Source of the DNA: Chloroflexota bacterium
Lineage (GTDB): Bacteria; Chloroflexota; Dehalococcoidia; GIF9; JBFMDU01
Assembly (NCBI GenBank): GCA_040753815.1
Contig: JBFMDU010000014.1
Span: 36,527 to 100,526, forward strand
Length of the DNA stretch: 64,000 nt
Reading direction: 5' to 3'
Shown here one piece after another: positions 36,965-46,484 of this stretch (positions are counted from its first letter, which is position 1; every line of letters starts with the position of its first letter). A program made the translations under genes and the position numbers. The notes under the pieces are model-generated. The model was not told the origin of the DNA. It did no database searches and saw only the letters and a list, made by a program, of their open reading frames with translations.

Positions 36965-37564
36965 ATGATTGTTATTGGTCTTACGGGCAATATAGGTACG
37001 GGGAAGAGCACTGTTTCTGGAATATTGACTGGACTTGGTGCGTGTGTTGTTGATGCTGACAGGCTGGGCCATGAGGCGCTGAGGCATGGTAGTTCGGTGT
37101 GGAGGGAAATCGTCGCTACGTTCGGGGAAAGGGTGGTTGGGAGTGACGGCGAGATCGACCGGAAGAAGCTGGCCGAGGCGGCGTTTTCCGACCCTGTAGC
37201 CCTTGAGAGGCTGAATCAGATTACCCACCCGAGAATTGTTCAAATGGTTAAGGATGCTATCGAATTGTGCCGAAGACAGGGAGTAAAAGTAGTAGTTGTT
37301 GAAGCGCCATTGTTGTTCGAAGCAGAGTGGACGTTGTCTATAGTTGACCAGGTATGGCTGACAGTAGCCTCCGAGGAAACCATCATAAGGCGGTTAACGG
37401 AGCAGAAGGGGTTTAAAGAGGAGGTGGTGAGAGAGCGACTTAAACATCAGTTACCGCCAGATAGTAAGGTAAAACGTGCCGCGGTAGTCATAAATACCGA
37501 CTGCGGGCGTAAGGAGCTTGAGTCGAGGGTGTATGATGCCTGGAAAAAACTGGGGGCGTCTTGA
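36965..37564 (+). CDS. coaE: Dephospho-CoA kinase
   Basis: IGLTGNIGTGKST P-loop, VVDADRLGHE, and ITHPRI. About 200 aa. Confidence 0.85.
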   Translation: MIVIGLTGNIGTGKSTVSGILTGLGACVVDADRLGHEALRHGSSVWREIVATFGERVVGSDGEIDRKKLAEAAFSDPVALERLNQITHPRIVQMVKDAIELCRRQGVKVVVVEAPLLFEAEWTLSIVDQVWLTVASEETIIRRLTEQKGFKEEVVRERLKHQLPPDSKVKRAAVVINTDCGRKELESRVYDAWKKLGAS

Positions 37565-37601
37565 GACACCCCCAGAATCATGTTTGTTAGCCTGATTACG
37601 G

Positions 37602-38219
37602 CTACGCTTTCTTGGCGGTTCCTTGAACGACCATCCTCAGGTCTTCTATCTGGACAGACTTGAATGAGATGGTTGTCCCGAATGATTTTAAGAGAGCCTC
37701 AAACTGGTCTTCTACGGTCTTCTTAATCATGTCGCTTATCGTGCCTGGCAAGCCGACCATGCCGAGATCAACGGTCAGGTTCTGCGCAACCGGCTTGCCA
37801 TCCTGGACAATAACGCCAGACCTAACTTTGGGGTATATGGAAACGCCCATGATGTTAGCGCTGATGTGCATTTCCATGACTCCCTTGCGGAAGTATATGG
37901 TGGCCTCTTTGAGGACTAAGTCACCAGTAGCTGGCGAACTCTTGAGTGCCTTGGCTATCTCATCGTTGGCCAGCTGCTCAGTGATGATAAGAGTAATATC
38001 CTGAGGTTGGCCGGTTTCCTGTGCTTTTTGTATTGCCTTCTGAACATCCTGCACCTGCTGTTGGAGTGATGGTGCTGGCTGGCTTGTGCCGGTAGATGGC
38101 GCGAGGGGAGGCGGCGCTGGTGCTGATGGTTTCTGGAACATCATGACGACTACAATAACAAGGACAATAACGACAACTCCGAAGAATGCTCCGACCCCAA
38201 TCCCGATCTTTTTGCCCAA
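37602..38219 (-). CDS. Membrane-anchored hypothetical protein (N-terminal TM, Pro-rich linker, beta-rich domain)
   Basis: MGKKIGIGVGAFFGVVVIVLVIVVVMMF followed by PSAPAPPPLAPS. I recognise no family. Confidence 0.55.
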   Translation of the reverse strand: MGKKIGIGVGAFFGVVVIVLVIVVVMMFQKPSAPAPPPLAPSTGTSQPAPSLQQQVQDVQKAIQKAQETGQPQDITLIITEQLANDEIAKALKSSPATGDLVLKEATIYFRKGVMEMHISANIMGVSIYPKVRSGVIVQDGKPVAQNLTVDLGMVGLPGTISDMIKKTVEDQFEALLKSFGTTISFKSVQIEDLRMVVQGTAKKA

Positions 38220-38334
38220 GTTTCACCTCTTTAAGACTAAAATTATCAGACTCCGACGCTTGCCGCTAATATAGTCTAGGAAGTGCGGCGTGTCAAGAAA
38301 TAAACTTTACATAACAGTATAAATGTGCGAGGGC

Positions 38335-38364
38335 TTGACAGAATCTGACGGGTAGACCTAAGAT
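38335..38364 (+). promoter_or_regulatory. Candidate promoter TTGACA-N18-TAAGAT with a 5-prime leader of about 250 nt before the TAXI gene
   Basis: TTGACA at 38335-38340 and TAAGAT at 38359-38364. Confidence 0.45.
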
Positions 38365-38620
38365 GGTTATATCGACCTCGATAATCGAAATTGTTTTAAG
38401 GCTCTCCAGCCTAGGAGACGCGTGAATTCCAGAGAGGTCGAATAGGATTTACCGCCAAAGTTGTTGATAAACTGCCGAAGATTCAATGAATGGGAGTTTT
38501 GTCCCCGGACTTTACTGAATTCTGGGGTCTGGTCTTAGAGTTATTAAGGCACCTTTGTCCTGGTAGTTATCGTTAATGTATGATGGTGCTTAAGTTCCGA
38601 ATACAAAGGGGAGGCAGATA

Positions 38621-40285
38621 ATGAGCAGAAAATTAAAGAGCCTCATTGTAGCAGGGCTGGCAGCGGCACTGACTTTCAGCGTAATCTTCGCCGGTTGTAC
38701 CGGTGCACCGTCACCCCAGACACCTGTAGTTACCAGCACGCCCTCAGCCACCTCTCCCGCCCCAACACCGACTACACAACCAGCCGCCTGGAAATGGCCA
38801 AATGCCATACACGTCCTTGGTATGGGTTCGTCCGGGCAGGTCAAGCTGGTCAGTGTCACTTCAATGTTGGAGGCTAAGACCGGCATGCTGGTCCGGGTGC
38901 AGTCTGAGGACAGCTATGTTATGGCCACCCGGGGAGTGAAGGAGAACAAGTTTGCATTCGCCGATTTTTCCGCTTCAGCGGTAGCCAATGCCGTCATGGG
39001 GCTTGATGAGTATGCTGTACGCGACGGTGGTCCATTTATCCCCATGCTGGTGTACTCGTCTTCCTACGGTAGCACCGGTTTCGTGGTGCGCGGTGATTCA
39101 CCCATCAAAACGCCGCGTGATATCAAGCCCGGGATGAAGATGGGAATTTCCCGCAAGACAACCGGTATGATGAATCCCTACCTGGCGCTTCTTAACTGGG
39201 CCGGTCTTAAGGAAGATGACGTGCTGTGGGTTGAGACCGGTGATACTACAAGCGCAGTTCGGGCCGTGGTTGATGGTCGCGCCGACCTTGCTTTTGCCCC
39301 GCCATCCGGGCCGTACATTTACGAAGCTGTGGCAGGCCCCAAAAGCGCGCGGTACATTGACATGAACCCGGAAAAGGATACGGAGGGCGCCAAGGCATTT
39401 ACTGCCATTGGCCCACTTTACGGCCTCGGCCCCGCAGAAAATGCTCCGCCATCTATTCGCGGCACCTGGGTCATGTCAAGCTATCGCTGGCTCTTCACCT
39501 CAAGCAAAGCCGACACGGAACTCATTTACCACATCGCCAAGTGGTTCGATGATAACTACAACTTGTTCAAAGACGCTCACGAGACTAACCGGTGGATGAC
39601 ACTGGATAGCATAAAGGAAGGGTTGAAGACGATATATTTCCCGGTTCACCCGGGTCTTAAGAAGTTTCTCATTGAGAAGGGCGTCTGGACCGACGCCCAT
39701 GAGAAGCGCAGTCAGTACAACTATGACCTCTGCGAATCGTATGTTAAAGCCTATGACGAGGCCATCGCCAAGGCCGATGCTCAGAAGATAACCGTATCGC
39801 CGACCAATCAGAAATGGCTTGAACTCTGGGAAAACTACAAGGCCGAAAAGAAGATACCACTGTTGCGGGTACATCCCAGCCTCACTGAAAACGCTCCTGT
39901 GATACCATCTCCAGGCTACAAGGTCCCTGTGCCCGAACCGTCTCCAACACCTGCTGCACCGGCTCCAGAACCAGGCGTTACCGGTGATGTTGCGTTCAAG
40001 TTTGTCTCGGTGACCGATCCGGTCAGCCCCGGCGGTGATGTAGTGGTCGTAGCCAAGACCGTTCCTGGTGCAAAGTGTAAACTTACCATGATGTACTCTT
40101 CTGGCGTAATAAGCAGCATAGTCTTTACCAAGCCCGAACAAGTGGCTGATGCCGATGGCAATGTCGCATGGAAAGGCGCACTCGACCCGGTACGTGTAAC
40201 TCGGGGCAAGACCACGCTGACTGTCAACATTACTGCGCCGGATGGTAAGACCGGTAAGGCAGTTACCTATTTCGAAATTAAATAG
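38621..40285 (+). CDS. TAXI-family TRAP solute receptor lipoprotein with extra C-terminal beta-rich domain
   Basis: Lipobox FAGC, a Pro/Thr/Ser linker and a periplasmic-binding-protein-like core. It lies directly upstream of a TRAP fused permease. The C-terminal 100 aa (39983-40282) align by eye with the free-standing lipoprotein at 59845-60324. Confidence 0.7.
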   Translation: MSRKLKSLIVAGLAAALTFSVIFAGCTGAPSPQTPVVTSTPSATSPAPTPTTQPAAWKWPNAIHVLGMGSSGQVKLVSVTSMLEAKTGMLVRVQSEDSYVMATRGVKENKFAFADFSASAVANAVMGLDEYAVRDGGPFIPMLVYSSSYGSTGFVVRGDSPIKTPRDIKPGMKMGISRKTTGMMNPYLALLNWAGLKEDDVLWVETGDTTSAVRAVVDGRADLAFAPPSGPYIYEAVAGPKSARYIDMNPEKDTEGAKAFTAIGPLYGLGPAENAPPSIRGTWVMSSYRWLFTSSKADTELIYHIAKWFDDNYNLFKDAHETNRWMTLDSIKEGLKTIYFPVHPGLKKFLIEKGVWTDAHEKRSQYNYDLCESYVKAYDEAIAKADAQKITVSPTNQKWLELWENYKAEKKIPLLRVHPSLTENAPVIPSPGYKVPVPEPSPTPAAPAPEPGVTGDVAFKFVSVTDPVSPGGDVVVVAKTVPGAKCKLTMMYSSGVISSIVFTKPEQVADADGNVAWKGALDPVRVTRGKTTLTVNITAPDGKTGKAVTYFEIK

Positions 40286-40300
40286 GTAGAGATTTTAGAA

Positions 40301-40350
40301 GAGCCCCCTGGTCCACGGGAGTAATTGCCAACTTCCCGGACCAGGGGCTC
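40301..40350 (+). promoter_or_regulatory. Large intergenic hairpin between the solute-receptor and permease genes
   Basis: GAGCCCC(C)TGGTCC..CGGGA / TCCCG GGACCAGGGGCTC gives about 17 bp in two helices with small bulges. No following T-tract, so it is more likely an mRNA stabiliser or attenuator than a full terminator. Confidence 0.55.
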
Positions 40351-40435
40351 CTGATATTCAGGCACCCCATACCATGCTTTGTTACAATTTGTGAACTGTG
40401 ACTGGTTATAGTTCTCTAAACGGAGGGAAACCGAT

Positions 40436-42490
40436 TTGAGTATGGGTGAGGCCAGACCAGTTACCCGTGAGCGAAAGCAGGGGCTGAGCCGTTACGCCCT
40501 GATGCCGCTCCCAATCAAGGTGATATTCCTGGTCGGCCCGGTTGTTGCCACCATACTTTTTATCCTTCACTGGTTTTCGGTTCCCGTTTTTGGCACCATT
40601 CTTTCATCCACGCCGTATTACTATCTTCTCCTGACTGTCCTGGCTTTCAATATTTTTATGGGTCTGGGGGCTTCCATGCGCAGGCGCCGGCAGCCGCCGC
40701 CATGGTACGACTATATCCTGGCCACGGCCACGCTCGGTTGTATGGTCTATTTCCTCATGAACTCTACCGAAATCGCGGCTCGGAACTGGGACCGTCCGCC
40801 TGGTCTTACACAGTTTGCCTTCGCTATTATCTTGGGCCTGCTCGCCCTTGAATCCGGCAGGCGCATCGGCGGTTGGCCTCTGGTGATTGTTTATCTTGTC
40901 GCTATCGCTTATCCTATGGTTGCCGAACGGATGCCAGGTATCTTCTACGCTATTAGCTTCAATTTCACTGAGGTCATAGGATATTATGCCTACAGCGCTG
41001 GCGGCATTCTTGGCTTACCATCACAGCTATTTGGAGAGCTTGTACTGGGATTCTATCTCTTTGCCGGGATGATGATGGGGCTTGGTGGTGGTGAGTTCTT
41101 CTTAAAACTGGCAACGGCTATTTCCGGGCATTTTCGGGGCGGTCCGGCGAAAGTATCGGTAATAGCAAGTGGCTTTTTCGGTTCTTTATCAGGCAGTATT
41201 ATCGCTAACATCGCCGGAACCGGTGCCTTTACCATACCGGCCATGAAGCGCCTTGGCTATTCGCCTGAGTACGCGGCGGCCATTGAAACATGCGCTTCAT
41301 CAGGTGGCGATACCATGCCACCGATAATGGGTGGAATCGCCTTTCTGGTAGTGGTTATTGCTGGCGTAGAGTATGCAGATATCATGGTTGCAGCCTTCCT
41401 ACCTACATTCCTCCATTATTTCGCTCTTTTGGTCCAGGTGGATTCTTACGCCGTTCGTCATAAGATCCACGGTCTTCCGCGGAATGAATGCCCGCGCATC
41501 GGCCAGGTTCTGCAAAACGGATGGCTCTATCTACTTATCATCCTGTTTCTGGTCTTTGGTCTTGTCTATATGCGCTGGGATGCTATTACCCCGATTTATG
41601 CTATTGGCCTTACGATTTTGCTTCAGTTAGCTACCTGGGGCGTGAAGCGAGTCGCATTAGCCATACGCAGGCAGAGCGAACCCGAGATGTCTCTAGCTAA
41701 CAGTGCACGGCGAGCTTTGACCAAGATGGAGACTTCGCTCTCAGAGGCGGCCGGCCTGATTAACTATGGCGCGGCTATTTTCATCGGTGTCCCATTTGTC
41801 CTTATCGGTCTTAACCAAACCGGCTTCTCAGCCGGCCTGACCAACTATGTAGTTAGCCTCGGAGGACAGAATATATATCTAATCCTGTTTGTTACCTTTG
41901 CCTTCTGTATCGTTATGGGGATGGTCGGTCTTGGCCGTGCCGCTTATCTGTTTCTGGCAGTTACCATGGCCCCTGCATTAGTCGCCCTGGGCAAAGTGGC
42001 CCCCGAGTTCCAGGCATCGGGAGGCATATCAATACTGGCTGTTCATCTGTTCCTTATTTTTTATGTAGGTGTAGGCGGATTTACGCCGCCAGTGGCGATA
42101 CATGCCTTTGTGGCGGCCAGCCTTGCCGGGGCAAGCCCGATGAAGACAGCCTGGATGTCATGCCGCCTGGGTATAGCGCTCATCCTGGTACCGTTTTTCT
42201 TCGTTCTTCGGCCTGCAATACTGATTGTTAACACTGAATGGTATCTGGTGATATTAAGCCTGTTTCTTGTACTCATCGGGATCTGGTTTCTTGCCTCCGG
42301 TCTGGAACGTTATATTGTTGGGGCTGGAAAGCTCGCTTTGCCCGCACGCATATCCATGATGATAGGAGGCTTCCTGTTTGCTTTCCCTGAAACAGTAACG
42401 ACGATTATCGGGGGCATCATCTGCATCATTGCGTACATATACACCATGTTCCGAAACCGGCGGGAGAGAGTAGCGGCAATAGTAGTGTGA
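40436..42490 (+). CDS. TRAP transporter fused permease (TAXI-associated 4TM/12TM fusion type)
   Basis: Highly hydrophobic, 684 aa. The signature GGPAKVSVIASGFFGSLSGSIIANIAGTGAFTIPAMKRLGY matches my memory of the TRAP fused-permease family. TTG start 7 nt after GGAGGG. Confidence 0.8.
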   Translation: MSMGEARPVTRERKQGLSRYALMPLPIKVIFLVGPVVATILFILHWFSVPVFGTILSSTPYYYLLLTVLAFNIFMGLGASMRRRRQPPPWYDYILATATLGCMVYFLMNSTEIAARNWDRPPGLTQFAFAIILGLLALESGRRIGGWPLVIVYLVAIAYPMVAERMPGIFYAISFNFTEVIGYYAYSAGGILGLPSQLFGELVLGFYLFAGMMMGLGGGEFFLKLATAISGHFRGGPAKVSVIASGFFGSLSGSIIANIAGTGAFTIPAMKRLGYSPEYAAAIETCASSGGDTMPPIMGGIAFLVVVIAGVEYADIMVAAFLPTFLHYFALLVQVDSYAVRHKIHGLPRNECPRIGQVLQNGWLYLLIILFLVFGLVYMRWDAITPIYAIGLTILLQLATWGVKRVALAIRRQSEPEMSLANSARRALTKMETSLSEAAGLINYGAAIFIGVPFVLIGLNQTGFSAGLTNYVVSLGGQNIYLILFVTFAFCIVMGMVGLGRAAYLFLAVTMAPALVALGKVAPEFQASGGISILAVHLFLIFYVGVGGFTPPVAIHAFVAASLAGASPMKTAWMSCRLGIALILVPFFFVLRPAILIVNTEWYLVILSLFLVLIGIWFLASGLERYIVGAGKLALPARISMMIGGFLFAFPETVTTIIGGIICIIAYIYTMFRNRRERVAAIVV

Positions 42491-42558
42491 GCACGACGCC
42501 TTAAATTAGTAATCCAGCTTTATAGCAAATGGCATGATAAGAATTTTGATTAAAAGAG

Positions 42559-43107
42559 GTGATGGGTTTGGGATATTCACATGAGTCCGGTGACAAAAAC
42601 CGTAACATTGGGGCGCCCGACACGCCTTCGAAGCCCCGGAATATCATGAAAACCTCGAACACTGAAGACAGTCTGTTTATTGTCTGGAGACTATTGCGCC
42701 GTACATCAGAGATCGTAGAACGTGCTCGTAATAGAGAACTGGCAAAATATGGTATTAACGTACGCCAGTCAGCAACACTGCATCTGATATCCATGTTGGG
42801 CGAGAGGGCCACTCCAACCTGTATCGCACGACTCGAGATGCGTCAGCCCCATACTGTCTGCCACCTTATGCAAACTATGGGAAAAGCTGGCTTGATAATA
42901 AGGCGTCATGACCTTGACCGGCGCAATAAAGTCAGAGCCGTACTCACCGATAAAGGTAAGAAGGCTTACGAACTATCTAAAGCAGGTAAGTCCATCCGCC
43001 AAATTATGTCCTGTCTGACGCCCGAAGAGATACAACAGCTCATGGTGCTCCTCGAGAAAGTCTCCGAAGCCGGCAAACAGTTACTCGACGGCTCCCGCGG
43101 TAAGTAA
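42559..43107 (+). CDS. MarR-family transcriptional regulator
   Basis: wHTH core INVRQSATLHLISMLGERATPTCIARLEMRQPHTVCHLMQTMGKAGLIIRRHDLDRRNKVRAVLTDKG. The start is uncertain: GTG 42559, ATG 42562 or ATG 42646. The last gives a typical 153 aa. Confidence 0.75.
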   Translation: MMGLGYSHESGDKNRNIGAPDTPSKPRNIMKTSNTEDSLFIVWRLLRRTSEIVERARNRELAKYGINVRQSATLHLISMLGERATPTCIARLEMRQPHTVCHLMQTMGKAGLIIRRHDLDRRNKVRAVLTDKGKKAYELSKAGKSIRQIMSCLTPEEIQQLMVLLEKVSEAGKQLLDGSRGK

Positions 43108-43264
43108 TTATCCTGGGTCTCAAGGTTGCTCTTGGTTCTGGCACAGGAACGCACTTGCTTGTCCCAAATTCCGCTACTCTTCTAGCGCCTCGCCCCATAG
43201 TAGGTTATAATATCTCGTTTGTTTCCAGACACAGGTATGTGAAGGCCGGAGGAAGTTCAGTCAG

Positions 43265-44989
43265 ATGGGCGTTCAGTTAACCGATACCACACTGCGGGAT
43301 GCACATCAATCGCTAATCGCGACCAGAATGCGTACCCGGGACATTCTCTCCGTCATCGAAAAGATGGATAGGGTGGGTTTCTTCTCATTGGAGGTGTGGG
43401 GAGGTGCCACCTTTGATACCTGCATCCGCTTTCTTAACGAAGATCCCTGGGAAAGACTACGCCAGGTGCGGGATAAGGCAAAACATACCCGTCTCCAGAT
43501 GCTCCTCAGAGGCCAGAACGTGGTCGGCTACCGGCACTATGCGGACGACGTACTAAATGAGTTTATCAGATTGTCGGTCAAGAACGGGATTGATGTTTTC
43601 CGGATATTCGATGCTTTGAACGACACGCGTAATATGGAACCGTCCATCAGGATAGCCAAGAGCCGCGGTGCACATGTTCAGGGTGCCATATGCTATACCA
43701 TCAGCCCGGTACACACTGTAGAGAGCTTCGTACAGTTAGCCATTACTTTAGCGGACCTTGGCTGTGATTCTATCTGCATTAAGGATATGGCTGGCCTCAT
43801 CTCGCCACCGGCGGCGGCTGAACTCATAAAAGGGGTCAAGGCCAAAGTCAGCATTCCGGTCGATCTTCACTCACATTGTTCTAGTGGCATGGCTCCCATG
43901 AGCTACCAGGCCGCAGGCGAAGCTGGGGCAGACATCATGGATACAGCCTTCTCGGCCCTGGCATGGGGAACTTCCCAGCCACCTACCGAGAGCGTTGCGG
44001 CTGCCTTTAAAGACACACCTTATGACACCGGATATGACCTCCAACTGCTTTACGAGATAGGTGAGGAGGTGGCCGATATTACCGCTAAATACCGGGTGCT
44101 GTTTACTGCAGAGGCGACCCGGGTAAATATCAACGCGCTTATTCACCAGATTCCAGGCGGTATGCTTTCAAACTTAGTGAGCCAGCTCCGGGAGCAGAAG
44201 GCTCTGGACCGGCTTAAAGACGTCATGGAGGAAATACCTCGCGTCAGGGCTGACATGGGTTATCCCCCCTTGGTCACACCTACCAGCCAGATTGTTGGTA
44301 TCCAGGCAGTCCTGAACGTGCTCGCCGGCGGCCGTTACAAGCAGGTCTCCGGAGAGGTGAGGGACTATATGCTTGGCAAGTACGGCCGTCCTCCGGCTCC
44401 CATAAACGAGGAGATACGGAAGGTCATCATTGGCAGCGAGAAGCCACTGAATGTCCGACCGGCTGAGGTTATGCCTGTGGAACTAGGCAAGCTCAGCGAG
44501 GAAGCTAACAAACTCGGCATTATCAAAAAGGAAGAGGATCTCATTACCTACGCTCTGTATCCGCAGGTAGCGACCAAATTCCTGCGCGGGGAGCTTAAGG
44601 AAGAGTCCATCCCAACAGCAATTGAGCCGGCTAAGACCAGCGCTCCAGTCACAGTTGCCCCAATGGAGTTTGCCATTGATGTTGACGGTGAGGTCTTCAC
44701 GGTGAAAATCTCACCGGTAGGCGGCAAACCGACTACCGAGATGGAAAGGGCCAAACCAAAAGAGGCCCCTGAAGGAGCTGTAGTCGCTCCGATGCAGGGT
44801 ATGGTACTTACTGTCAAAGTAAAACCTGGAGATAAAGTTATAGAAGGTGATGTCCTCCTCATTATCGAGGCTATGAAAATGCGGAACGATGTCCGCTCAC
44901 CATTCGGCGGCCTGGTCAAAGAAGTGCTCACTCATGACGGCGAAGTGGTCGCTACCGGGGATGTTCTGATGGTAATTGATACCAAATGA
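43265..44989 (+). CDS. pycB: Pyruvate carboxylase subunit B (carboxyltransferase plus biotinyl carrier domain)
   Basis: N-terminal TDTTLRDAHQSL...LEVWGGATFD (HMGL-like/5S carboxyltransferase) and a C-terminal biotinylation motif IIEAMKM. An oxaloacetate decarboxylase alpha subunit is the alternative call. Confidence 0.8.
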   Translation: MGVQLTDTTLRDAHQSLIATRMRTRDILSVIEKMDRVGFFSLEVWGGATFDTCIRFLNEDPWERLRQVRDKAKHTRLQMLLRGQNVVGYRHYADDVLNEFIRLSVKNGIDVFRIFDALNDTRNMEPSIRIAKSRGAHVQGAICYTISPVHTVESFVQLAITLADLGCDSICIKDMAGLISPPAAAELIKGVKAKVSIPVDLHSHCSSGMAPMSYQAAGEAGADIMDTAFSALAWGTSQPPTESVAAAFKDTPYDTGYDLQLLYEIGEEVADITAKYRVLFTAEATRVNINALIHQIPGGMLSNLVSQLREQKALDRLKDVMEEIPRVRADMGYPPLVTPTSQIVGIQAVLNVLAGGRYKQVSGEVRDYMLGKYGRPPAPINEEIRKVIIGSEKPLNVRPAEVMPVELGKLSEEANKLGIIKKEEDLITYALYPQVATKFLRGELKEESIPTAIEPAKTSAPVTVAPMEFAIDVDGEVFTVKISPVGGKPTTEMERAKPKEAPEGAVVAPMQGMVLTVKVKPGDKVIEGDVLLIIEAMKMRNDVRSPFGGLVKEVLTHDGEVVATGDVLMVIDTK

Positions 44990-46467
44990 TCAGCAAAATC
45001 CTTATCTCAAACCGGGGCGAGATTGCTATTCGCATCATGCGTGCCTGCCGCGAACTCGGTATACATTCGGTGGCAGTTTATTCTGACGCTGATAAGGACG
45101 CGCTTTTCGCCAAATACGCTGACGAGGCTTTTTACCTTGGTGCGGCGCCGGCTACCGAGAGTTATCTGAATATTCCCAAAATTATCAGTATCGCTAAAGA
45201 AGCCGAAGTGGATGCTATCCACCCGGGCTACGGCTTTCTATCGGAGAATCCCGACCTCGGGTTAGCCTGTGAAAAGGAAGCTATCAAATTTATTGGTCCG
45301 CCTAGCCGTACGCTGGACCTGACCGGTAATAAAATCGCCGCCAAGATTGCCGTCGAAGCGGCCGGGGTGCCGACAGTACCTGGTACCAACGAGTCGGTTG
45401 CCGACTTCGCTCAGGCCAAACTTATAACTGAAACTGTTGGATTCCCTGTCATAATTAAGCCTGCTGGTGGCGGCGGTGGCATTGGCATGAGCATTGTGAG
45501 CAATGAAACTCAATTACAGGAAGCGCTGGACTCGTCTCGTAAGATCGCTGGTACTGCCTTTGGCTGGCCAGATGTGTATATTGAGAAGTACATACCGCAC
45601 CCCCACCACGTCGAGTTCCAGATTCTGGCCGATTCGCACGGGAATATCATCCATCTTGGCGAAAGGGAGTGCTCCATCCAGAGACGCCACCAGAAGCTGA
45701 TTGAAGAATCGCCTTCTCCTACTTTGAACGCTCGGATGCGCCGACAAATGGGCGAAGCGGCTATTGCTGCAATGAAGGCGGTCGGCTATGAAAATGCCGG
45801 CACGGTCGAGTTCATCGTGTCCAACCACAAATTCTACTTCATCGAAATAAACGCCCGTATCCAGGTCGAGCATGCCGTTACCGAAATGGTCACTGGCGTC
45901 GATATCGTTAAAGAACAGATACGCATTGCTTCAGGTGAATCCCTCAGCATTCAGCAGAAAGATATTAAGATGAGTGGTTGGGCGATCGAGTGCCGCATCA
46001 ATGCTGAAGATCCGCTGAACGGTTTCGTACCATCTCCGGGTAAGCTTAGAGGCTATCGGTCCCCGGGCGGCATCGGTGTTCGTGTGGACAGTGGCGTACA
46101 CACCCGGTACACCATCCCTCACCTCTACGACCCTATGATTTCCAAGCTCATTGTCTGGGGCCGGAATCGGGAGGAGGCTATTTTAAGGATGCGGCGCGCC
46201 CTGTACGAGTACATCGTCGTGGGTGTCAAAACCAACATACCATTCCACAAAGCAGTCATGGAAAACCCGCGATTCGTGGCTGGTGACTTTGGCACCAGCT
46301 TCGTCGACCGCGAGACTACGCTGGTGGAGGATATGCGCGCTATTGTTAGTCGTGAGGAAGCGCTTGAAGATAAGCTGTCTCAGATATTCGATGAGAAAAG
46401 GCGGGTTGCAGCGGCCGCCGCGGCGGCCATTATCGTTCAGCTTCAACAAAGCGCTCAGTCGAAGTAA
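44986..46467 (+). CDS. pycA: Biotin carboxylase (pyruvate carboxylase subunit A)
   Basis: ILISNRGEIAIRIMRAC, HPGYGFLSEN, ATP-grasp glycine-rich loop KPAGGGGGIGM, ERECSIQRRHQKLIEE, EINARIQVEH. It overlaps pycB by 4 nt (ATGA). Confidence 0.85.
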   Translation: MISKILISNRGEIAIRIMRACRELGIHSVAVYSDADKDALFAKYADEAFYLGAAPATESYLNIPKIISIAKEAEVDAIHPGYGFLSENPDLGLACEKEAIKFIGPPSRTLDLTGNKIAAKIAVEAAGVPTVPGTNESVADFAQAKLITETVGFPVIIKPAGGGGGIGMSIVSNETQLQEALDSSRKIAGTAFGWPDVYIEKYIPHPHHVEFQILADSHGNIIHLGERECSIQRRHQKLIEESPSPTLNARMRRQMGEAAIAAMKAVGYENAGTVEFIVSNHKFYFIEINARIQVEHAVTEMVTGVDIVKEQIRIASGESLSIQQKDIKMSGWAIECRINAEDPLNGFVPSPGKLRGYRSPGGIGVRVDSGVHTRYTIPHLYDPMISKLIVWGRNREEAILRMRRALYEYIVVGVKTNIPFHKAVMENPRFVAGDFGTSFVDRETTLVEDMRAIVSREEALEDKLSQIFDEKRRVAAAAAAAIIVQLQQSAQSK

Positions 46468-46484
46468 TTTGGCATCTCTTCCCG

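Noticed and set aside
38365-38620. Riboswitch in the leader of about 250 nt before the first TAXI gene
   Set aside because: I could not match it to any riboswitch class I know, and it shares no obvious motif with the leader of the paralogous TAXI gene. I note it only as a long untranslated leader.
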